Source: a virus
Strand: one strand, 5' to 3'
Virus record (IMG/VR): IMGVR_UViG_3300007640_000027
Length of the DNA stretch: 64,000 nucleotides
The notes under the pieces were generated by a model. It saw nothing but the letters and a program-made list of their open reading frames with translations. It made no database searches and had not been told where the DNA came from. Of the stretch, positions 1 through 11,210 are shown piece after piece. The translations under genes were made by a program, and so were the position numbers. Each line of letters starts with the position of its first letter. Within the stretch, counting starts at the first letter, position 1.

Positions 1-42
1 CATATCTGCCGGTCTAACCGTTCCGTAAGTTCCTAAACTCAT
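1..42 (-). CDS. 5' end of a gene running off the window (MSLGTYGTVRPADM...), probably structural
   Basis: ATG at 42, 2 nt after the stop of 45..1124; frame open to the window edge. Confidence 0.6.
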   Translation of the reverse strand, partial: MSLGTYGTVRPADM

Positions 43-44
43 AA

Positions 45-1124
45 TTATTGTTCATTTATCTTAAAGAAACCATATCCATAACGAACAAGATCTCCTAGGT
101 TATCAACTTCACCAATTCTTTGCAAAGCTTCAAAGGCTGAATTCTTCCCCCTTTGTATAAATATTTCCGATTGTATTTCTGGTGAGTCAACTACGTTCAT
201 TAATACTTCTTCTTTTGTAATTCCCGTGGCAACCAACATATTTGAGGTTAAACCCGATGAATTTAATACAAAAACCGTCTTACCATTCGCATAATCAAAA
301 TAGGTAACATTATCTATCGTATAAGACGTATAACTCGGATTTATGCTCAATACCTGACCATAATCCTGACCAAATTTCTTAACAATAACCGAAGGATTAT
401 ACTTAACCGTACCATATAATTTTAATTCATCCAATTTGGAAGAAGTATAACCCGTAACCACAAATGGAACACTTGTGAAATTGTTGGACGTTTGCTGCGA
501 AACCACATTTTCACTGTCACCCGTGAAAATAAAATCATAATTCAACGGAATACCCGACCAATTACCACCCTGAGGAGTAAATGTAATGTTACCCTGAGGA
601 TTGGAAATCGTTACACCAGAAAAAGGGGATTGAACCGTTTGCAATACCTGAGTCACACCCCAAGGATTGGTCTGCGTTAATGTAACCGTATACCCCGATG
701 GTGTTGGAGGATAAGTGTGTGACACCGCATTTGGTGAAGTTGTTGTTATAATGTCAGTCGTCCCATCACCCCAATCTACCTCATAAGAAGAAAGTTGCAA
801 AAACTTTTTAAATTGACTTGAGGTGTTATATAATAATAATTGGTATACGCTTGAGGGGTTGCCCGAATAAACAAAATTATTAACCACATCTTTTTGTAAT
901 ATAAAACCATCAAAAGGTGAATAAAAACCAATATCATTAAACTTTTGTGTAAATAATATTGGAATGGTTAATCCCGTTAACAAACTATCCCCATTTGTTC
1001 CACCAGATAAAAGGGCGGTCATTGCAGAATAAACACCAAAAGTCACCCCACTTAAAGTTTGTTGTGAAATATTGGTTAACAAACTCTCAGGCGAAACCTT
1101 AATATAATATTGTTCTTGTTCCAT
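45..1124 (-). CDS. Putative virion structural protein with PKD/Ig-like domain
   Basis: 359 aa; YEVDWGDG...SHTY...YTVTLT PKD-like signature; S/T/G-rich; translationally coupled within the baseplate operon. Confidence 0.6.
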   Translation of the reverse strand: MEQEQYYIKVSPESLLTNISQQTLSGVTFGVYSAMTALLSGGTNGDSLLTGLTIPILFTQKFNDIGFYSPFDGFILQKDVVNNFVYSGNPSSVYQLLLYNTSSQFKKFLQLSSYEVDWGDGTTDIITTTSPNAVSHTYPPTPSGYTVTLTQTNPWGVTQVLQTVQSPFSGVTISNPQGNITFTPQGGNWSGIPLNYDFIFTGDSENVVSQQTSNNFTSVPFVVTGYTSSKLDELKLYGTVKYNPSVIVKKFGQDYGQVLSINPSYTSYTIDNVTYFDYANGKTVFVLNSSGLTSNMLVATGITKEEVLMNVVDSPEIQSEIFIQRGKNSAFEALQRIGEVDNLGDLVRYGYGFFKINEQ

Positions 1125-1978
1125 TATGGATTAACATATTCATACCAGTTTATGGATTCATATTTTGTTCCCACTCTTCCCAAATTACCATAAGTTTTAT
1201 AAACCCCATATTCGTGAGAGTTATAATTTAAATCCAACTTATAATAAAAATAATCTTGTGGTGGAAAATTGGTCGGATCAATAATCTGACTTTGTGGTCT
1301 ATTCAAAAAGCGAACAAACTCACCAATTTTGGCGTTAAAGAATTTTGCCGACATATAAAACTCCGTAATGTTATAATAAGATATGTCTTTTAACCAATAA
1401 ACAAAAAACCCTTCCTTATCCCCAACAAAATCCAAATTGAAATTTGGGATGTTAACATCCACAATCTTTTGCAATTGAATTCGTTGTGATCCAATATTGG
1501 TTGAGGTTTTTAAACCTTGCTGGGTCGGAATAATAATGGTGAAATAAATTTTTTGATTTGCGGGATCAGGATTATCATAAAAGTCCAATTTGAAAAAACT
1601 ATTTTTAAATGAATTCACATAAAAATAAATTTCCTTGTTGGTGAAACTCCTTCCGCTAAATGAAGTACCCGTTGATGCGGTATATGATGTTAACCAATTT
1701 GATGCAGATGAGGTCGCCACCGATTGACCATAATCATAAAACTTGAAATTATAATCAATTACAGTTTTATATACATCATTTTGAATGTCCAACCATCTCA
1801 AATGTGAAAAACGATTGACCTCAAAATCTTCAATCGGATTAATCACCTTTTCCACCACATCTTGCTCATATTCTTGGATCAAATCCTCACGTCCCACCGC
1901 ATCCCAATCTATTTCAATCGGAATGTTGATGTATTGCTCATTCGGCTTTAATGATATTCTAAATTTATTCACAGTCAT
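1124..1978 (-). CDS. Hypothetical protein, probably virion/baseplate
   Basis: 284 aa ORF overlapping its neighbours in the structural operon. Confidence 0.55.
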   Translation of the reverse strand: MTVNKFRISLKPNEQYINIPIEIDWDAVGREDLIQEYEQDVVEKVINPIEDFEVNRFSHLRWLDIQNDVYKTVIDYNFKFYDYGQSVATSSASNWLTSYTASTGTSFSGRSFTNKEIYFYVNSFKNSFFKLDFYDNPDPANQKIYFTIIIPTQQGLKTSTNIGSQRIQLQKIVDVNIPNFNLDFVGDKEGFFVYWLKDISYYNITEFYMSAKFFNAKIGEFVRFLNRPQSQIIDPTNFPPQDYFYYKLDLNYNSHEYGVYKTYGNLGRVGTKYESINWYEYVNP

Positions 1979-3671
1979 CTATTACTGGTGGATATGACAC
2001 CACATTATAGTTTATTGCACTTTGTTTTTTCATCGGACGTTGCAAGAAAATAATCTGAGAAAAAGGATAATGCGCCCCATTTAAAAATGGATAATCCACA
2101 CCAATACCATCCGCATCCACATACCCATATTCAAACAAATCTCTCCACCTCCATTTATTTTCATACTCCGAGAAAAATGCATAATCAGGAATGTTATCAA
2201 CATCCTCCCGATTACCCTTTTCAACATAACTTGAATATTCTTTGATCTTCACCATATGGTGAGGCACATATGAATATCCATTCGGCGAATTGGAACTTGA
2301 ATTATTGGAAAAATGATTCGGATTAAATGAAAACTTATGCGACATCTTTGATACCACATACTCTTTTTGAAGATATTGATTGAACTCACAAAAATCACCC
2401 TTCAAAATATCATTTACACCCAACGTTCCGTTATATGTAAATACCCTCGCACCAACATTATAAAACTGCTTCGGGACATTTGACCTGTTATTTACCCAAT
2501 TTGAAAGATTCCACCACGCATCTGTATTATCCGGATTGAAATTAAAATCCCAACCAATCTGCAAATTCGTGTTATTGTTGTTACTGTTACCAAACCAACC
2601 ATAAAAACCCTTATGCACAATCGTAACAAATAACTCAGATATCGGACGATCCAAATTGTCCCTTAATAATGAAATATCCACATCCTTATCAAAACTAAAA
2701 GTATAACTCTGATTACCATTTAATGTGGATATCCTCGTCTTATGATCAGGAGTTATCGCAGAATATTCCAATTTTCTCCTTTTTGGAAATGCATTATTCT
2801 CAAAACCAGCACGAGTTAAATCCAAATCAGTCGGCGTTAACAATACCTGATGCCTTTTTACATAATACTCAGAAAGCGTCTCACCACTATTATTGATATC
2901 AACAATCCTCCTAAATGTCCCCAAAGCACCCTCCAAAGATACACCTTGCGAAAAACCAAAATTAAAAATGGAAAAAACCGTTTTTTCATTTCCATAACTT
3001 TTATCACCCAAAGAATATACCTCAAACTTATCACGACCATTTATCGTGAAATTTAAATATACATAATCACCCACACTCAAATTGTGATTACCACCACAAT
3101 AAAAAGTAATTAATTTTTTACCCGAAACAACCCTGTTTTTGATCACAAAAGGTATTCCGTCAGAAACATTAAATGTTAACGTGTTACCCGAAAACGGATC
3201 CTTAAATTGCATCGTCTGACCCGTGAAATTATCATAAGGTCTGGTCAAATAAATGTCCCAATTATACGTGGACGCACTCTTTGATAGAAATTTTGGATGA
3301 CCCGTAATTCCACTCGTTCTGAAAAAATCAAACTCAGGAAAGGGGGGATAACCTTTCCATACATTATTAACAATTGAAACTTCAGGTTCCAAATAATATA
3401 AAGAATTTAAATATGGTGGATATGTTGTTGTACCTGAAATTGTATTTTCAAAAATATTTGTTATTTTTCCCGAAATTCTAATAATACTACTTTCTTGTCT
3501 TTCCTTATTGAATCTCTGTTCCAAATCAACAATAACTGTTCTATCACCCTCAATCTTATTCAACTGAGAACTTTGAAAAGGTACTTGAACAAATAGATTC
3601 GTATTAGATGAAGACGCGAATCTATCCGACCCTCTAACAATTCTAATATCTGTTGTTTTTTTGTTACCCAT
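1965..3671 (-). CDS. Hypothetical protein, probably virion/baseplate
   Basis: 568 aa beta-rich ORF coupled to neighbours; several [S/T]GxT motifs. Confidence 0.55.
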   Translation of the reverse strand: MGNKKTTDIRIVRGSDRFASSSNTNLFVQVPFQSSQLNKIEGDRTVIVDLEQRFNKERQESSIIRISGKITNIFENTISGTTTYPPYLNSLYYLEPEVSIVNNVWKGYPPFPEFDFFRTSGITGHPKFLSKSASTYNWDIYLTRPYDNFTGQTMQFKDPFSGNTLTFNVSDGIPFVIKNRVVSGKKLITFYCGGNHNLSVGDYVYLNFTINGRDKFEVYSLGDKSYGNEKTVFSIFNFGFSQGVSLEGALGTFRRIVDINNSGETLSEYYVKRHQVLLTPTDLDLTRAGFENNAFPKRRKLEYSAITPDHKTRISTLNGNQSYTFSFDKDVDISLLRDNLDRPISELFVTIVHKGFYGWFGNSNNNNTNLQIGWDFNFNPDNTDAWWNLSNWVNNRSNVPKQFYNVGARVFTYNGTLGVNDILKGDFCEFNQYLQKEYVVSKMSHKFSFNPNHFSNNSSSNSPNGYSYVPHHMVKIKEYSSYVEKGNREDVDNIPDYAFFSEYENKWRWRDLFEYGYVDADGIGVDYPFLNGAHYPFSQIIFLQRPMKKQSAINYNVVSYPPVIDDCE

Positions 3672-6600
3672 TATTGAACTGTTAAATAATCTTTTATGAA
3701 ACGATCCATTGCGGTTTTACCTTTTTTCAATCCGAAATAAAAATGGAACGGAGCACCTACTTTAAATCCATAGTCTAAATAACCCTCACTATCATATCCA
3801 ATTATATTATTTGTTTGACCTGCAGTATTAAATATAGGTGCAGGTACACCATTTATACGGTTGTATATGTATCCAGTACCAAAACCACCAGCAGGATTAA
3901 CATAAGGACTCGGTGAAGTATTAAAATTATCACCTTGATATTCCCTTTTTGGGAATGTTCCAGTATTTGAATTCGCAACAGTATACCAGTTATTGGTTGT
4001 CCTACCCCACAAGCTGGCAGTAAATGCATCATACTTAATAATCCACGGATAACCACTTACTTCTTGTGTGTTACTATAACCAAATTTATTTTGAATACCA
4101 TTGGTTATTGGTCCAATTGTTATCTCGCCATCGGTCAATAATCTTCTATTTACTGTATTAGCACCATAAAAAATACCAATTGTTGTTCTAGCAGGAATAG
4201 GTATCGTAAAACCAAGGAAATTAATGTTTATTAGTTCAGGTATTAATTGTTGAGCACTGCTCGGATAATTACCATCAAAAAATGGTACTATTCCATATTC
4301 TGAATTTATACTGTAAGCCTGTGCAACATCTCCCGTTATTCTACCGTCAAATAATCTTTGGAAAGTCCCTGTTGTATTACTAACTACTCTGTTATTAAAA
4401 AACATATTAATACTCTGAGAATCAAACAAACTCAAACCAGTAGTTCCTTGTTGTTTATTCGCAGAATTAGTTAATATACCAATAGCAGATAAGGCACTAA
4501 TATCATCATTATTGTTATATGTTGTGGGTTTAAGAGTATTAACATAGTAACCCAAATAATTTGGATCCAAGTTAGCGTTAACCAAATATGGCGCCTTTGG
4601 TCCAAGTTCCATCACTGTAGTTGGAAACCATAAGTTTGTATCGTTTTGACCAAAATAACCCGTTCTTGAAGGTACCTGTCCTATAAAATCAAAATCATCA
4701 TTCGCAACATTGTATTTTGATGGTGTACTTCTATGATAAAAATTATTAGTACTATTATCAAAATATACCGGCCCCTGATGATTTAAACCTGAGAAAAAGT
4801 TATTATCATCACCACAATATTCATATCTTTGGACTTCATTGCTTGAATTATAAATTGTGTTTTTTTGAAAAGGTATCATATATAATGAACCGTTTACCCA
4901 ATTATTTTGGAACATTTCACCAATTACATTATCACATAACCCTTGAATAAACTTAATCCGTGAAACCCACTCAAAAAGCATTTTATAATCAACAGGAATA
5001 CTAAGAATAAATGGATCTCTAACTAATACATAACATCCATTTTTCATCCTGTTATATCTATTAATACTCAAACCATAATCACAATTCTTATCTGACGCAG
5101 GTTTTAAACCAAAACTATTACCAAATCCGTCATAACATTGCAAAAGATCCATATTACCACAAGAATAAAATTGATCCAATAATGATTGATCCAAAACTGT
5201 AGTATCTTCTTGTGAGTCCTGACCTGTACCTGATACATCAAAATTGGTGGTTGTCAGTTCTCCACCAATAATATCAGAAACAGACCCTTGATCATCAAAC
5301 AGATACGCCGTAAAATCTCGGTTTAAATGAAGGGCAAAATTTTGAAACTTTAATATAGTATTAATTGTATTATCAAACCCATATTTTTCAAAATCCGATG
5401 TTGGTAATCTGTCTGATCTAAAAACTATATTATTGGAATTTGACATTGTAGTTTTTGGATTACTCGTAGTACCTGAAAAATGATAACTAGATGATATTGT
5501 CCATACCTTTGCCGAAGGATTATTCACAATAATTCCATTGCCATTCGGATTGTTAAAATTAGAAAACTGATATGTTGACCCTTCAACTCTTTCAATTAAA
5601 GTTGTACTTAATTCATTATTAACTGTCTCATAACCGTTAGATCCAAAACTATATGCCGGATCACTCAAAATACTACTAACCGATTTATCTATTGAAGAAT
5701 AAAACGTAAACCCGCTCGTATCATAAGAAACATAATCATTACTATCAGGTACAAATGTAAATGAAGGGTGATATAAACTACTGTTATTATTAACAGAATC
5801 ATTATATAAGTTAGTTGAGGTTAAATAATCATAATGAGATTCTGGTGTTTTATAATCGTGGAACCACGTACCCACACCTGTATTCGGTTGAATTGGAACA
5901 TTTAAGAAATAATTACCTGATACCTCAACCGTCCCATTAAAACTTGTTTCACCAAATAATTTGGATAAATCATATTTTATTTTTTGTTTTGGTGTATATA
6001 CATCCACACCTCTAGTTAAGAAATAAATAACCGCATTTGAGTTACCAGGAATATTAGTTGGACTACTTGCACTTATATCCGTAGTAGCAACATCTCTGAA
6101 CAAATCAATATCCGTAAAATCAATTATACTTCCTGATGAAGTACAAAAAAACTGACTTGTTTTTTCAAAAATATATTTCTTTAATAAACTAACACCAGAA
6201 CCCAATTTACTTTCAGCCTCAGAAAGAGTCATTCCTGTTATAACCTGAAAATACTCAATACCTGAAGTGAAATTATATGAATTTGAAGTTTGCGTATTAT
6301 AAATATCAATATTAACTACCCCAACAGTTCCGTCTGGTTTTATATATGTGACCGAAGACCCCACATAATTTGTAGAACTATTTAAACTACTTCCCGTTAA
6401 ATTAAAATTGTTAAATTGATTTAAACCCGTACCACTATATAGACCAAAGTTATTGTCCGTAATACCAGAAGGGTTAACAAAACTCATAATTGTTGACGCA
6501 GATATGGTCGTACCTGAATCCATCACTAATATTAGTGGTAAATCAGTAAAGGCTTGTGAGTTGTTTGGAACACCCTGCAATTGATCATTAATTATTTCCG

Positions 6601-8674
6601 TTTCTATTATGTTTGGTGTTACAGAATCAAAATAAGTCGCTCTCTGATTCATAGAATTTAAAGACTGAGCCAAAGTTACATTACTACCTACCGTATAGTC
6701 AGTTGGACTCTGAGGTTGTGTATTATAATCTAAGTAATATACTGGTGATAAATAAAATTGATTAAAAATATTTTCATAACCTGTAACCGTATTCAAATTA
6801 GGGTCTACATTGTAACCTGACAATAATTGTGCAGCACGATAAAAAGATCCCACCGTACCCGTATTACATGCCAACGGAGGAAAATGATTTACTGATGTCA
6901 CATTCGCCAATATACCACTACCTGAAACACCTTCAACAACCTCAGGTGGCGGAATATAACCCGGTCTATAATCTGTAGTTGAAGCCGGCTCAGAATTACA
7001 TTCACATAATTCACAGTCAGGAAAAGATAACATTGGAAGTGTGATGTTTTTAAGTGGATTTGTTTTTGGTAGAATAAATCCAGTTAAAACTCTCAGAGGA
7101 AAATACAGTAAACCCAAAATATGTACGACAGGAATAAGAGCAATTAAAGTAGTTTGAATTAATGTAATGAATATATTAAAAATTATATAAGTCATTTTAA
7201 ATTCCTTTTGTGCATCATTTACAGGGAAAGGATTATTTTCATTTCTACAACTGTCATCATTAATTTGTTTTATTCCTAAATGACGATTACGATTTAAACC
7301 CCATTTAAATCTATCAATAAAAGATGCAACAGTATAAACTTTACTATAATCAAATTCATAAAACCTATCTTTACAAGTTACCGCTTCTCTAATCATTGCA
7401 CGACCTTCTGCAGTATTTGGATCTCCATAATCAAACCAATCTAAAGAAAAAGCATACGAATAATTCCTTTGGGTATCACTCGGCGAAGTTTGATTATCTA
7501 CCCAACCTACTTCTTTAATGTTTGGTAATAGATAATGCGGTCTTTGTACCGTTGAATCAGTAGTGTTATTAAACCATTTAAATTTAAATCTATATCTACC
7601 TTTTGTTGGAATACCTCTACTATCATCATTTGATACCACTCTCTCACCAAATTCATTTGTGTAGACATAGTCCAAATTCATCGGTAGATCAATTAAAAAT
7701 GTTCCATTTTCATCAATCGCATTTTCTGAATTCTCAACCCTATATTCCTCCAAAACAGGTAACCCATCAGAATCTAACTCACTAGTTTGACGTATCGCAA
7801 TAATTTCACCAGGCCCCGTCTCCATTCCACATAACCGACCTGTTTTTAATTTTGGCTTACAATTTCGCTTCAAATATTCGTCCCCATTTGAAGATAATAT
7901 AGATCCCATAAACACCGCAGTTGGCTCAATTTCAATACCCAACTCAGATAAATCAAAATCGTGTCTTACTATTCCAATATTACAGATATCATCCTCACCC
8001 CAAAATGGTGTTACATCAATATTAACCGTTTGATTTACAATTTGTGGAAGTGAACCCAAACTTTCTGATGTTTTAAAATTGGACCCTTCAAATTGTTCAA
8101 CGGTTCCTCTACCCATTCTTCTTAAATCTGAAGGTGTCAAAGAAAATTCACCAATATTAGATAAATCCAAATCCAATACTAATTGTTGATTACCTAATGG
8201 AACCCCAACAATCATAAAGTCACCCGACTCATTTGTTCTTACCGTATACTTATAATATTTTTCATAGACATATAATACTTCTTTTCTTGTTAAAACATCT
8301 TCTCGTGACGGAAAAGTACCTGTTGCTCTATGTCCTTGATATTCATCTACATATGGTAGTAGATTATACCTATAACCATCTTCATTTAATTCTGTAACTC
8401 TTTTATATGGGTACAAAGTGGAAATGATTGGATCCGCTTCATCAATTTCATCTAAAGGAATGAATATTGAAACGTGAGCATTAGGTATACCATAACCACC
8501 ATTAGCTATTACTCTACCTGCAACTACACCGTAATCGGCGCAGAAACGACTATATAAATCTTCTTGTCTTAATTTTAAAGATAAAATCTCCAAGTAATCA
8601 AAATCTTGATCTATTTTTACCTGTAAAGTTTTATCGGTATTTAACTCAGTTCTTAATCTATATGACTTAGGCAT
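3671..8674 (-). CDS. Large baseplate-associated structural protein with an internal hydrophobic hairpin
   Basis: ORF track 3671..8707; start revised to ATG 8674 (MPKSYRL) because a TATTTAT motif lies at 8692-8698; directly follows the gp6-like gene; N/S/T-rich. Confidence 0.6.
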   Translation of the reverse strand: MPKSYRLRTELNTDKTLQVKIDQDFDYLEILSLKLRQEDLYSRFCADYGVVAGRVIANGGYGIPNAHVSIFIPLDEIDEADPIISTLYPYKRVTELNEDGYRYNLLPYVDEYQGHRATGTFPSREDVLTRKEVLYVYEKYYKYTVRTNESGDFMIVGVPLGNQQLVLDLDLSNIGEFSLTPSDLRRMGRGTVEQFEGSNFKTSESLGSLPQIVNQTVNIDVTPFWGEDDICNIGIVRHDFDLSELGIEIEPTAVFMGSILSSNGDEYLKRNCKPKLKTGRLCGMETGPGEIIAIRQTSELDSDGLPVLEEYRVENSENAIDENGTFLIDLPMNLDYVYTNEFGERVVSNDDSRGIPTKGRYRFKFKWFNNTTDSTVQRPHYLLPNIKEVGWVDNQTSPSDTQRNYSYAFSLDWFDYGDPNTAEGRAMIREAVTCKDRFYEFDYSKVYTVASFIDRFKWGLNRNRHLGIKQINDDSCRNENNPFPVNDAQKEFKMTYIIFNIFITLIQTTLIALIPVVHILGLLYFPLRVLTGFILPKTNPLKNITLPMLSFPDCELCECNSEPASTTDYRPGYIPPPEVVEGVSGSGILANVTSVNHFPPLACNTGTVGSFYRAAQLLSGYNVDPNLNTVTGYENIFNQFYLSPVYYLDYNTQPQSPTDYTVGSNVTLAQSLNSMNQRATYFDSVTPNIIETEIINDQLQGVPNNSQAFTDLPLILVMDSGTTISASTIMSFVNPSGITDNNFGLYSGTGLNQFNNFNLTGSSLNSSTNYVGSSVTYIKPDGTVGVVNIDIYNTQTSNSYNFTSGIEYFQVITGMTLSEAESKLGSGVSLLKKYIFEKTSQFFCTSSGSIIDFTDIDLFRDVATTDISASSPTNIPGNSNAVIYFLTRGVDVYTPKQKIKYDLSKLFGETSFNGTVEVSGNYFLNVPIQPNTGVGTWFHDYKTPESHYDYLTSTNLYNDSVNNNSSLYHPSFTFVPDSNDYVSYDTSGFTFYSSIDKSVSSILSDPAYSFGSNGYETVNNELSTTLIERVEGSTYQFSNFNNPNGNGIIVNNPSAKVWTISSSYHFSGTTSNPKTTMSNSNNIVFRSDRLPTSDFEKYGFDNTINTILKFQNFALHLNRDFTAYLFDDQGSVSDIIGGELTTTNFDVSGTGQDSQEDTTVLDQSLLDQFYSCGNMDLLQCYDGFGNSFGLKPASDKNCDYGLSINRYNRMKNGCYVLVRDPFILSIPVDYKMLFEWVSRIKFIQGLCDNVIGEMFQNNWVNGSLYMIPFQKNTIYNSSNEVQRYEYCGDDNNFFSGLNHQGPVYFDNSTNNFYHRSTPSKYNVANDDFDFIGQVPSRTGYFGQNDTNLWFPTTVMELGPKAPYLVNANLDPNYLGYYVNTLKPTTYNNNDDISALSAIGILTNSANKQQGTTGLSLFDSQSINMFFNNRVVSNTTGTFQRLFDGRITGDVAQAYSINSEYGIVPFFDGNYPSSAQQLIPELININFLGFTIPIPARTTIGIFYGANTVNRRLLTDGEITIGPITNGIQNKFGYSNTQEVSGYPWIIKYDAFTASLWGRTTNNWYTVANSNTGTFPKREYQGDNFNTSPSPYVNPAGGFGTGYIYNRINGVPAPIFNTAGQTNNIIGYDSEGYLDYGFKVGAPFHFYFGLKKGKTAMDRFIKDYLTVQ

Positions 8675-8750
8675 TAATACTTGGTTTTTTGATAAATATT
8701 TATACAAGTAATTTTAAATAAAATAAAAAGAAAGTATATTGTTACAAGAA

Positions 8751-10589
8751 TCAACTGAAATCTACGTTAGTTAGATTTTTAATTCTTACTTTGATATCTT
8801 TTTGTGGGAATCTAATCTGATAAATCTGACTTGGTTCGGCAAAAATAGTATCATCAATCAATTGAATTTGTTTTGTGGTAGAATCTGAATATCTTTGTGA
8901 TGTCTCAGATGATGAATACTGACCCCCAACTTTATTGAATATTTTTAGATCTGATAATGTAACAACACCAGGAATATCTTGTACTATTCTTCTGATATCA
9001 GAAACATTCACATTTTTACCTAAATTATTATTAACAGGTGTCATATATGAATCAATAGAATTAACTATATTTGTAATCACATTACCCTGACTTTGTGTTG
9101 ATTCAACAACAACAGATACTTCAAACTCCAAATCAATAACTTGTGCTGTGGTTACTTCAATATAATCATTTATCATTCTGTAATTAGATAAATAATTTGC
9201 AATATTTTGTTTTAATGTGTTTGAAACCAAACTTGTTAATTTACCTGTGCTATCATAAGATAATGTCTCAATTTTTATCTTATTATCATCTTCAATTATT
9301 GAAACTTTTGCTGGTGATCCAAACTTTCCTGGCATAGTTCTTAATAAAGAATTATAATCATTAATGGTTACCGCTCTTTTTTGTGCCGCAAAGTTAAAAC
9401 TGACCATATTTCTGATCTCCTCAATTGTTGGTATATCTGCCCCACCAATAGCTGCGGTCACATTGTTACATCTCAAACTATTAATTACGTTTTGATTAAC
9501 TATATTTGAAGGACCGTTTACCGAAAAATATGTATTACCAAATGAAGTTAATGTGTTAACACCAATATTTGTTGCAACACCACCACCAATTCTATATTGA
9601 ACAAATAATGTGGTATTTGGTCTTACTGTTAATCCTAATCCAATATTATTTTGATATTGTTCCAATCTTAAAGGAACTCCCGTTCTTGCAAATTGAGCCA
9701 ATTGTTCGTCAGGTGTTGTTGTTCCACCACCAAAAGTTAACTTGCAAAAACCTTGTGGTGTAAATTCTGAAACAAAACGATTTTCTGTTTCCAAATATCT
9801 CCCAACTTTAATCCCTGGTTGGTCTGAAGCCTTTGTTGGATCTTCAATAAAAACTCTGTCTTCTGCTAAAGCATCAACCTCATACCATTTGTTTGGTGAA
9901 TTTATAAATTCATCATACGTTGGAGGTGTTTGATAATTCGTTCCACTTTTTTCAATAACCGAAGTAATACTTAACACATTCGGCTCAGGCAAAAAGAACT
10001 CAAAAAATGGTTTTACATTTGAAGGATTAATAACCCTTTTAAACGTTTTTGTAATACCGTTAACCACCACTTCTCTTTTTGTAATGGTGTAACTAACCAA
10101 AATGTTATTATTGTCAAATACAGGAACTTTGGTACGGTTTGGAAAACCATCGTTATTGTATTGTGATGAAAAATCAATATCATATATATTCTCAAATACT
10201 TGACCGGCACCGATGAATTGTGATCCCGCTCTCAATATTCCAAGATATCTAGTATCTTCTGAATCTCCGTTAGCAGGAACGGTAATACTCACATCCACAA
10301 TCGCAATTGAGGGTCTGTTACCAGGTATTTTTAAACCATAAGTTCTCGCAATGTTAAAAATAGAGGTTTTTTGTTGGGCATATTGTAGGACTGTTTCTTG
10401 AATACTACGGTCCATATGGTAATGTAAATTATCACCAATCGCAGCGTTTAAGTCCAAAAACACAGAATAAACAGACGCATCATTAAAATTATCAATAAGT
10501 TCTGGATAATACTGTCTTGTGTAGTTTATTAACTCTGTTCTTAATGATTCAAAATCTCTGTTTACGTATGATATTTTTCTATTTGCCAT
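8751..10589 (-). CDS. Baseplate wedge subunit, T4 gp6 / baseplate J-like
   Basis: N-terminal RDFESLRTELINY...DNFNDAS...IARTYG; AAIGGAD...EEIR...AQKRAVTINDY; follows the gp25-like gene. Confidence 0.85.
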   Translation of the reverse strand: MANRKISYVNRDFESLRTELINYTRQYYPELIDNFNDASVYSVFLDLNAAIGDNLHYHMDRSIQETVLQYAQQKTSIFNIARTYGLKIPGNRPSIAIVDVSITVPANGDSEDTRYLGILRAGSQFIGAGQVFENIYDIDFSSQYNNDGFPNRTKVPVFDNNNILVSYTITKREVVVNGITKTFKRVINPSNVKPFFEFFLPEPNVLSITSVIEKSGTNYQTPPTYDEFINSPNKWYEVDALAEDRVFIEDPTKASDQPGIKVGRYLETENRFVSEFTPQGFCKLTFGGGTTTPDEQLAQFARTGVPLRLEQYQNNIGLGLTVRPNTTLFVQYRIGGGVATNIGVNTLTSFGNTYFSVNGPSNIVNQNVINSLRCNNVTAAIGGADIPTIEEIRNMVSFNFAAQKRAVTINDYNSLLRTMPGKFGSPAKVSIIEDDNKIKIETLSYDSTGKLTSLVSNTLKQNIANYLSNYRMINDYIEVTTAQVIDLEFEVSVVVESTQSQGNVITNIVNSIDSYMTPVNNNLGKNVNVSDIRRIVQDIPGVVTLSDLKIFNKVGGQYSSSETSQRYSDSTTKQIQLIDDTIFAEPSQIYQIRFPQKDIKVRIKNLTNVDFS

Positions 10590-10594
10590 TACTG

Positions 10595-11056
10595 TTAAAT
10601 ATTAATTATAATGAAATCTTTTGATTCAAAAGCGGTATCTTTAAAACTATAATCTATTCTTAGTTTTGCTGTGTATTCTTCTGTACCTCTTCCTGCAACA
10701 CGAAAAACCTGACCCCCCAACTTTTCATAGTTTAATTCACCTTTGGCTTCATCATCTTCCAAATAAGGTTTTATAGATATTTCATTTATTTGAAGATTTG
10801 GTATGTATTTATCAACCGCATCTCTGATATCTGCCTTTATAGATTCAAAAGTTATTGTGTCTAACTGTTCAAAAATGAATTCATAAATTCTAGTACCAAA
10901 ATCAGGAAGATAATATCTTGATCCTTTTCTTGTTAAAATTAAATGCAATAGATCAGTCCTTATTTCTTCATCCGTTGTTTGAGATAAAGAAAGGTACTTA
11001 CCTTGATCACTTTCACGAAAAGGAAAGTTTATTCCATATGTTTTTCCTAGTGCCAT
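10595..11056 (-). CDS. Baseplate wedge / sheath initiator, T4 gp25-like
   Basis: GINFPF...LILTRKGSRYYLPDFGTRIYEFIFE motif; start revised to ATG 11056 (MALGKT). Confidence 0.85.
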   Translation of the reverse strand: MALGKTYGINFPFRESDQGKYLSLSQTTDEEIRTDLLHLILTRKGSRYYLPDFGTRIYEFIFEQLDTITFESIKADIRDAVDKYIPNLQINEISIKPYLEDDEAKGELNYEKLGGQVFRVAGRGTEEYTAKLRIDYSFKDTAFESKDFIIINI

Positions 11057-11101
11057 TTTAACATAAATATAATCGGACATAATTTTATATAAATAACAAA
11101 T

Positions 11102-11133
11102 AAAAAAGGTCAGACAATGTCCGACCTTTTTTT
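11102..11133. terminator. Intrinsic terminator (bidirectional shape) downstream of nrdA
   Basis: AAAAAAGGTC-AGACAATGTCC-GACCTTTTTT inverted repeat with A and T runs on each side. Confidence 0.75.
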
Positions 11134-11210
11134 CTTCCTTAACCTTAATTTTAGTATTTAGTCGTACAATATACCATTTTTTGGTACATTGCGTGATTAT
11201 TTACTAAAAA

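Noticed and set aside
11096-11210. Possible ncRNA or tRNA in the nrdA-gp25 intergenic region
   Set aside because: Explained by a terminator plus a weak second hairpin; no cloverleaf or recognisable RNA motif
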